From: a virus
Taxonomy: Duplodnaviria > Heunggongvirae > Uroviricota > Caudoviricetes
Virus record (IMG/VR): IMGVR_UViG_2541047945_000010
Strand: one strand, 5' to 3'
Length of the DNA stretch: 41,535 bases
The notes beneath the pieces were generated by a model. That model saw nothing but the letters and a program-made list of their open reading frames with translations. It was not told where the DNA came from and ran no database searches. This document shows, one piece after another, positions 35,816-41,535 of this stretch (the first letter of the stretch is position 1; every line of letters starts with the position of its first letter). Both the position numbers and the translations under genes were made by a program.

Positions 35816-36108
35816 TATCGCACTACAACATGCTTAGGGCAAGTCACGAAGGAAGTCAGAAAGTAGTCGTAAGAACGGTGATCACTGTCCGCTTTGTGCC
35901 AGGAGCAGCCATTGCTAAGTCCATCCTGTATTGTGCAGGTCAGCTCGTTTTTAAAGAGTCCGGCCATCATCTTACTGGTACAGACACCATATACTTTGTG
36001 ACGGTCAGGCTACATATGCACAACTCAACTTATTCATCTATTTTTTGCTTTAGCATGTCAGTGTTGCTTTCTCGTCGGCGGGTGAGCGGTGACCTGACCT
36101 GTCGATAA
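35803..36108 (+). CDS. questionable ORF (YdfV-like position), overlaps the relBE operator on the opposite strand
   Basis: 101-aa ORF with no motif and no clear RBS; an ORF is annotated here in K-12 (recalled) but coding status is doubtful. Confidence 0.25.
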   Translation: MSLQVSHYNMLRASHEGSQKVVVRTVITVRFVPGAAIAKSILYCAGQLVFKESGHHLTGTDTIYFVTVRLHMHNSTYSSIFCFSMSVLLSRRRVSGDLTCR

Positions 36109-36260
36109 AGGAACGTAACACGTTTTATGCAACACCCGCATGCGGCAGAAAATTATTGCCGAACGTTTACCCCTGTCAACAAGCTTTACTTTCTGAGGCG
36201 CGCCAGCCCGCGAGGAAAACAATCTGAACATCAAACAATTAATGACACAAGAAATACGAT

Positions 36261-36287
36261 TAAAGATTTTTTTGTGCATGCCGATAG
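36261..36287 (+). promoter_or_regulatory. sigma-28 (FliA) class 3 promoter of flxA
   Basis: TAAAGATT - 11 bp - GCCGATAG, about 25 bp upstream of the flxA start; close to the sigma-28 consensus TAAAGTTT-N11-GCCGATAA. Confidence 0.65.
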
Positions 36288-36310
36288 TGCTTTTTTAAAA
36301 GGAGAAATCT

Positions 36311-36643
36311 ATGTCTGTCACAATTCAGGGAAATACCTCAACCGTTATTTCAAACAACTCCGCCCCGGAAGGAACATCAGAAATAGCCAAAATCACAAGA
36401 CAAATTCAGGTGCTGACTGAAAAGCTTGGGAAAATCTCATCGGAAGAGGGGATGACGACACAGCAGAAAAAAGAAATGGCTGCATTGGTACAGAAGCAAA
36501 TTGAAAGCCTCTGGGCTCAACTGGAGCAGTTGTTAAGGCAGCAGGCAGAGAAAAAGAATGAAGACGCGACAGTTCAGCCTGATAAAAAAGAAGAGAAAAA
36601 AGACGATACAAATACCGCTGGCACCATTGATATTTACGTCTAA
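36311..36643 (+). CDS. flxA: FlxA (FliA-regulated prophage protein)
   Basis: 110 aa, MSVTIQGNTSTVISNNSAPEGTSEIAKITRQIQVLTEKLGKISSEEGMTTQQKKEMAALVQKQIESLWAQLEQL... Confidence 0.9.
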   Translation: MSVTIQGNTSTVISNNSAPEGTSEIAKITRQIQVLTEKLGKISSEEGMTTQQKKEMAALVQKQIESLWAQLEQLLRQQAEKKNEDATVQPDKKEEKKDDTNTAGTIDIYV

Positions 36644-36657
36644 GTGACAGCCGTATT

Positions 36658-36680
36658 GTGGCCCTCATCGGGCCACTTTT
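36658..36680 (+). terminator. intrinsic terminator of flxA
   Basis: gtggccc-tcatc-gggccac followed by tttt, 15 nt after the flxA stop. Confidence 0.6.
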
Positions 36681-37079
36681 CGCCATCAGCCTTTTCTTTA
36701 AAGACATATTATCTTTGTATCATTTCTGATAGTTAACATTACAAGATATAAGTAATGGACGCACTCCCAATTAGTCTATTTAAATCGCCACGAGTTTAAC
36801 TGACAACCCATGATCAATTATGAATTGCAACTATTTCTGTAGTCACTTTTGTGGGGACAGTCCACAAAACTGCCAACTTCCGCTTCTTGCTCTTAGCGGA
36901 CATTAGCATAGGCTATTTACCATAACGCCTCATTACGCGCACCGCCCAGACTGACTCAGCGCGTTTCTGGCATATCCCCGGTAAAACAAGTAACAAACCA
37001 CCCGAAAATGAACACCAGAAACGCGACTTAAGAATCTACCCTATGAATGGATATGCACTCAACCGAATCGATCTTGGTT

Positions 37080-38393
37080 TCAATCTTTTTTATCGGGATC
37101 AGGCTTCTTTTTAGGTAACTTCGGGGGCTTAACTTGCTGATGACTTTGCGTTCGGCGCGTAAGCCAGGGATGGTCAGCTTTAGGTTTAACATAGTATTTT
37201 GAGCGTAAATCAATACGGGCATTATCCACTCGTTCATGGACACTCTTTTCATCATCCAGTGGTATAGGCTCCGGGCCATCAACATACTTTTCCCAGCCCA
37301 GCGCTTTCCCGTCATACAGAACGTTAATTTCACCGTCAAAGTTCTCGCATACAGTAACAACCGAATGCCTAAGTCGATATCCCCGGCCCTCACTGCGTAC
37401 CTGAAACGCACTGCTTTTGTACTGGAAAGTGAGATTTTTAGACAGAACGCGCTTCGCCTGTAGGCTGAAGATATAACCCAGTTCCTCTTCAGAATGGTGC
37501 ACATCAAGATGAGCATTATCAGTAGTACGAGGCGACGTAGCGAACCGGTTGTTATAGGCTTCAATAAAGGTCGGCAACCATGCATTTGCTGTTTCAATAT
37601 CACTGATATTCTGAAGCCGCATTTCTTTGACCAGCCTGTCCTGTAGTGTCTGATTGGCGCGCTCTACCCGCCCTTTTGCCTGCGGGCTGTTGGCATGGAT
37701 TGGCTCGATGCCCAGTGTCTTTATCGCACGAGTGAACTGGGTCAGCTCACCTTCCCGCTCTGGGTTATTTACCCTGAATATACTGTGTCTATCAGAGTAG
37801 AGAGCGAGCGGTACGCCATGATCATTAAGGTAACCCCGGAGGGTTTCCATGTAAGCCCGGGTTGTTTCAGCAGGCACAAAACGCAACGCCATCAACGCAC
37901 TGGTGGCATCATCAATGAAAACGATCAGTGTACATCTGGGGCCTCGATTTTCAAACCAGTCATGAGGTGAGCCATCAATCTGGATCAGTTCACCGTAAGA
38001 TGGTCATCGCATGCGGCGTTGATATATACGGGCAATTTTACGACGGCGTTCACGCCATAACCCCTCTTCTATCATCCACTTTCTGAGAGTTTCAACGGAT
38101 AAAGATAAACCGTGTATCTCGCGCAATTTTTCGCACGCAAACGTAGGTCCAAAATCAGCGTAACGGCCTTTGAGGAGTGAAATTACTGTTGCTCTGAATT
38201 CAGTAGAAAAGGAATTATTAGGACGCTTTCCACGTCGGTGGGAAACCAGACCAGAAGGCCCTTCATTTCTATACCGTTGCACCAGACGTTTAACCTGCCG
38301 AATAGAAATGCCAATGCGTGCCGCAGCTTGTTCCTGAATAATCTGAAGTCGGTGGAGTTCCTTATGACTCATCGTAACAGTCTCTTTGATCAT
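37080..38393 (-). mobile_element. DDE transposase gene (N-terminal HTH, rve-type integrase core; IS481/ISNCY-like) interrupted by a single in-frame TGA
   Basis: ORFs 38004..38393 (HTH part) and 37080..37895 (DDE C-terminal part) are in the same frame; read-through of the TGA at 38004..38006 gives a continuous catalytic region ...GELIQIDGSPHDWF...LIVFIDDATS...SPQAKGRVERANQTLQDRL. IS ends not identified. Confidence 0.7.
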
Positions 38394-38727
38394 GAAAAAT
38401 CCCCCAGAGAATTGTCTGGGGACATTTTAGAATGGTTCAAAGGGGACATTACAGCTTGGTGTTAACAATAGCCTGCTTCTCCGTGCCTTTCGGCACGTAA
38501 GAGGCTAACCTACATGTGTCTAGCATGAAATTGGCCTCAGATTAATGTTAAGCGTCTTGCAGGACGCGTAATGTTAACTGGGGCTTTTCTCTATCTGCCG
38601 TTGGTGTCCATGCCCGAGGCAGATAGCCTCAAGCACCCGCAGTCATTCTACTTAACTAAGATTTCCCCGCAAACCGTTTTTGTCCAGCACAGTAAATATC
38701 CAACTAAACCAATGGAGTTCGCTGTAT

Positions 38728-38907
38728 TTACCGCCAGTATTCAATGCACATGACCGCCATGAACACCCCTAAAAAAAGGGCATTTATATATCCAAATATT
38801 AATATCAAAACATCAACTTTTTCCATATACCTTGCTGTGAAGATGATGGGCATACATGATGCGAACAACCAGAACGCAACAAACAAAAACTGCAATGCGT
38901 TTTTCAT
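38728..38907 (-). CDS. hypothetical small membrane protein (59 aa, two predicted TM helices)
   Basis: ORF 38728..38946; ATG at 38907 preceded by AGGAGG at optimal spacing: MKNALQFLFVAFWLFASCMPIIFTARYMEKVDVLILIFGYINALFLGVFMAVMCIEYWR. Confidence 0.4.
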   Translation of the reverse strand: MKNALQFLFVAFWLFASCMPIIFTARYMEKVDVLILIFGYINALFLGVFMAVMCIEYWR

Positions 38908-40059
38908 TATTCCTCCTACAATCAATGTGCAATTACATTTAAACACACCTCAATTTGGCCGGACATATAAATATCTAAACCAGAAAAAATCACTTACATA
39001 GCGTTACAAACTCTTTAGTCTAAAGGTTCATCGTAAAACATTCCCCATACTTATCAGTCCGTTCCGCGCCAGGTAGCTCATTGCCTTATCTGGCAACCTG
39101 TAATCAGGTTTCCGCTTTTTCAGTTGGCTGGTCGTTTAACCGACATAGTTAATCCATTAATCTAGTTGCCGGATGTTGGTGGATTTTCGCGTTTTAGTTG
39201 TTCATAAAAGTGCACAGCTTTAACCAGTTCTTCTGATGTAACTGGGACTGGTGAGGCAGTGAATAAGGCCTGAATTTGATAGTTCGGCCTGTCGTTACAA
39301 TCCTCTTTTTTCGGTACATATTTCCAGTCACCAGACCACTACTTCCCCTGAAAGTCCGTAACGCCTTTTTTCACGTAGCGATATCGCCATGCCACTGGTT
39401 TTGCTTGCCCCGCCGTTTCATGCCCTTCCTGATAATTAATCTCGCTCATTCATCGCCCCACTCATCACAATATGCTTCGACCGGAGTTTTTCCCGCTTCA
39501 TAGTCATCACGCTAGGATTCGACATCAGCAGCACTTCCACCGCGTAACTCACCATAGTCCATTAATAGTTCATCCCGCTCTTCAAAACTGATGTTATATT
39601 TAGCTGAACAAAAATCAGCCACTTTGTTCTTCCTCATCGTCTTTTATTTCGTGGTATGAGTAATTGCAGTAGTTAAAGAAAATTTCTTATGCTCCGTCAT
39701 GAATTTCCTCAGGTGTTGCGTCATCGTCCACTTCGAATACATCCTCAAAATCTCCACCAGCTATTCCCGTTTCAATAATAATTTTGAACTTTCGCATTTC
39801 ACTACCGCCCTTTCGGGCGGCCTCCTGATGTTCTGAGGGTGCGGAAATCCATCCGGTTAAGGATTAAATTTTATTTACAGAACTGAATTTAATTATTCAG
39901 ATATACGTATCTGTAGCCTTACGAATCTACTCACTGGATGCCTCTTTCATAAAAATAATCCAGTGGGTTTTATCGTTTTTTCCCTGTTCGTTGACAGATA
40001 ACAGGTTTTCTGTCTGTCAGTGCCAGAATCTGGCTTACCGGTATTTGCGTTTCATTCCA

Positions 40060-40416
40060 TTAAAAAATCAGAACGCCGTGCGGCCTCAACACCCGAAAGG
40101 CTTCTTTAAATCTCTGTCGCGAATCATCACGCCAGGCATCTTTATTCAGCCGTCCATATTTCTTTCCCATCCAGGCGTTATCACCAACACTCTCAAGATG
40201 CGGAGGGTCTAATACAACCATCGAAAAAGATGCGTCTGCAAATGATAATGCACGAAAATCTGCGATAATGTCAGGGCTGATAATCAAGCGTCTCCCATTG
40301 CGTAATGTGTATCCTTCTTTTCTGATATCGCTGAATATCGCCCGTTCGTCAGACTTATCGAACCAGAACATGCGGCTGCCACAGCACATATCAAGAATGG
40401 TTGCCGGTGCACTCAC
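40060..40416 (-). pseudogene. SAM-dependent methyltransferase-like gene (motif I LDMCCGS, DPPH motif), truncated by nonsense codon
   Basis: 118-aa ORF ends ...HGVLIF-TAA, with the frame continuing WNETQIP before another stop; too short for a complete methyltransferase. Confidence 0.4.
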
Positions 40417-40835
40417 TGCGCCACGTCCTGAAAATTACCCTGATAGAAAGCCAGTATGCGCTGCATAACTTCGCTCTTCCGGCACTCGCGACAGATTATG
40501 TTTAGGCGACTGTCGTAGCGACGTATTTCTCCGTCAGGTGATGACCAGATAAGGTCCGGATCAACCACAGCAGGTTTCTTCACCTTTGCCCTCGAGAGTT
40601 TTTTGCGGGCGTTTTGCCAGTCCTTACGCGCCTGTTCAGAGGGGAATAACCCGTAGCCGGAGTTGTATACATCGCCACTGGCTACCAGCTCTCTGGCAAG
40701 AACGCTCATCAGATATCTAGTCGCACCTGTTTTAGCTTCCAGTTGCCGTAACGTCTCACGGCCGCTCTGGCGCACGAGTTCCACCACCTGCCATTTAATT
40801 TTTTCCCGCTCTTCTTGTGTAAAAACTTTTGCCAC
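40413..40835 (-). CDS. hypothetical protein (140 aa)
   Basis: ORF overlapping the downstream methyltransferase-like start by 4 nt; MAKVFTQEEREKIKWQVVELVRQSGRETLRQLEAKTG... could be a winged-helix-like N-terminus (inference only). Confidence 0.4.
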   Translation of the reverse strand: MAKVFTQEEREKIKWQVVELVRQSGRETLRQLEAKTGATRYLMSVLARELVASGDVYNSGYGLFPSEQARKDWQNARKKLSRAKVKKPAVVDPDLIWSSPDGEIRRYDSRLNIICRECRKSEVMQRILAFYQGNFQDVAQ

Positions 40836-40875
40836 AAGTCCCCCTTAAAATTACCTCATGACCTGAAATCAACAC

Positions 40876-41259
40876 TTATCCTCTGAAACCAGGCGGAATT
40901 TCTGTATCCGGTTCAGAAATATGATTAACACAACGCTGTACAGGTGAACGTCCCAGGCGGATGACCAGTTCGTCCCATTTTTCGCGGAGCTTTGACGGGC
41001 TCATGATGTTTTTTACCCAGAATGGATCTCGCTGAACCCGACCAAACATTTCGCAAATTTGTCTGTGGCTTCTGCCATCCAGCATCCGCATTGTGCGCAC
41101 GTCATTGGCCCAGGCAGTCCAGTTAGGCTCTTTTGGTCGCATGATCTCGCCATCATCACTGGCTGCCTGTTCGTAGAGACCCACGATCCGCCCCCAGATC
41201 CACTGCGCACACGCCAAATCCTCCCTGCTACCCCACTGGCGTTTTTTCGCACTAAACAC
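40876..41259 (-). CDS. hypothetical protein, probably the 3' remnant of a gene truncated by the upstream IS insertion
   Basis: 127-aa ORF from a GTG; its frame remains open upstream for 27 codons right to the IS inverted repeat at 41341. Confidence 0.35.
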   Translation of the reverse strand: MFSAKKRQWGSREDLACAQWIWGRIVGLYEQAASDDGEIMRPKEPNWTAWANDVRTMRMLDGRSHRQICEMFGRVQRDPFWVKNIMSPSKLREKWDELVIRLGRSPVQRCVNHISEPDTEIPPGFRG

Positions 41260-41340
41260 AACCGCGTCGGAGTTCCGGGTTAAAAAATCCTGTTCAGTCG
41301 TCTGCGGGTCCGGTTGCGAAGCTTCCGGACGAAAAGTGTT

Positions 41341-41535
41341 TGAACCGCCCCGGGTTTCCTGGAGAGTATTTTATCTGTGAACTCAGGCTGCCAGATCATC
41401 GTTTCCGATGGAAGCATAATAAGCTTTTTCTGCTTCTGCCGGAGGAGTATGGCCCAGCCTTTCCAGCAATCGTCGATTGTTATACCAGTCCACCCACGTG
41501 AGTGTGGCCAGTTCCACTTCTGCACGGTTTTTCCA
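41341..41535 (-). mobile_element. right end of an IS3-family insertion sequence (terminal inverted repeat TGAACCGCCCCGGG...; 3' end of transposase orfB), element continues beyond the window
   Basis: Plus strand from 41341 begins TGAACCGCCCCGGGTTTCCTGGAGA (IS629/IS3411-type end as recalled); minus-strand frame 41377..41535 encodes ...WKNRAEVELATLTWVDWYNNRRLLERLGHTPPAEAEKAYYASIGNDDLAA-stop, a typical IS3-family OrfB C-terminus. This frame has no start in the window, so it is absent from the ORF track. Confidence 0.7.

Noticed and set aside
38004-38006. In-frame TGA in the transposase as a selenocysteine codon
   Set aside because: No SECIS-like hairpin was recognised immediately downstream and transposases are not selenoproteins; a nonsense mutation is the simpler explanation.
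36650-41340. Search for the Qin dicC-dicA-dicF-dicB region expected right of flxA
   Set aside because: No DicA/DicC-like reading frames or the DicF sRNA sequence were recognised by eye; this strain has IS elements and decayed ORFs here instead. An actual alignment would be needed to be certain.

Overview
This 41.5-kb window is an E. coli lambdoid prophage of the Qin type, carrying an essentially complete lambda-like virion module that the K-12 Qin remnant has lost. Reading left to right: (1) a host MFS transporter gene (YdfJ-like) ending exactly at the window start, apparently frameshifted in an A-run; (2) the prophage left end with a YdfK/YnaE-like small gene, a Pin serine invertase, then tfa and a full-length stf with an Ala/Ser/Thr-rich repeat region; (3) on the minus strand, a contiguous lambda-order late operon lom-J-I-K-L-M-H-T/G-V-U-Z-FII-FI-E-D-C(Nu3)-B-W-A-Nu1 with the G-T slippery heptamer and a lambda-like cos site (cosN GGGCGGCGACCT); (4) a moron block between cos and the lysis genes (RHH protein YnfO-like, DUF1398 YdfO-like, gnsB, YnfN-like, cspI); (5) a phage-21-type lysis cassette (pinholin, YdfR-like insert, SAR-type endolysin, Rz with embedded Rz1); (6) a second moron slot between a candidate PR'/tR' and the holin (cspF, cspB, a small zinc-ribbon ORF), the position where Stx phages carry stx; (7) Q antiterminator, YdfU-like, Rem-like, the relB-relE-hokD toxin-antitoxin operon with its relO palindrome, and flxA behind a textbook sigma-28 promoter; (8) a decaying right arm: a DDE transposase with one in-frame TGA, a small two-TM membrane protein, frameshifted small ORFs, a nonsense-truncated methyltransferase-like gene, two hypothetical genes, and the inverted-repeat end of an IS3-family element cut by the window end. 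No integrase, repressor or replication genes lie in the window. I found no convincing multi-gene system of a clearly new type; the most credible leads for something undescribed are the small unexplained genes in the moron slots and right arm (RHH + DUF1398 pair, zinc-ribbon ORF, the 59-aa membrane protein, the 127aa-140aa-methylase remnant operon) and a 37-aa hydrophobic ORF at the left junction. All family and gene assignments rest on reading the translations and on recalled lambda / K-12 sequences; no database search, HMM or folding was run.
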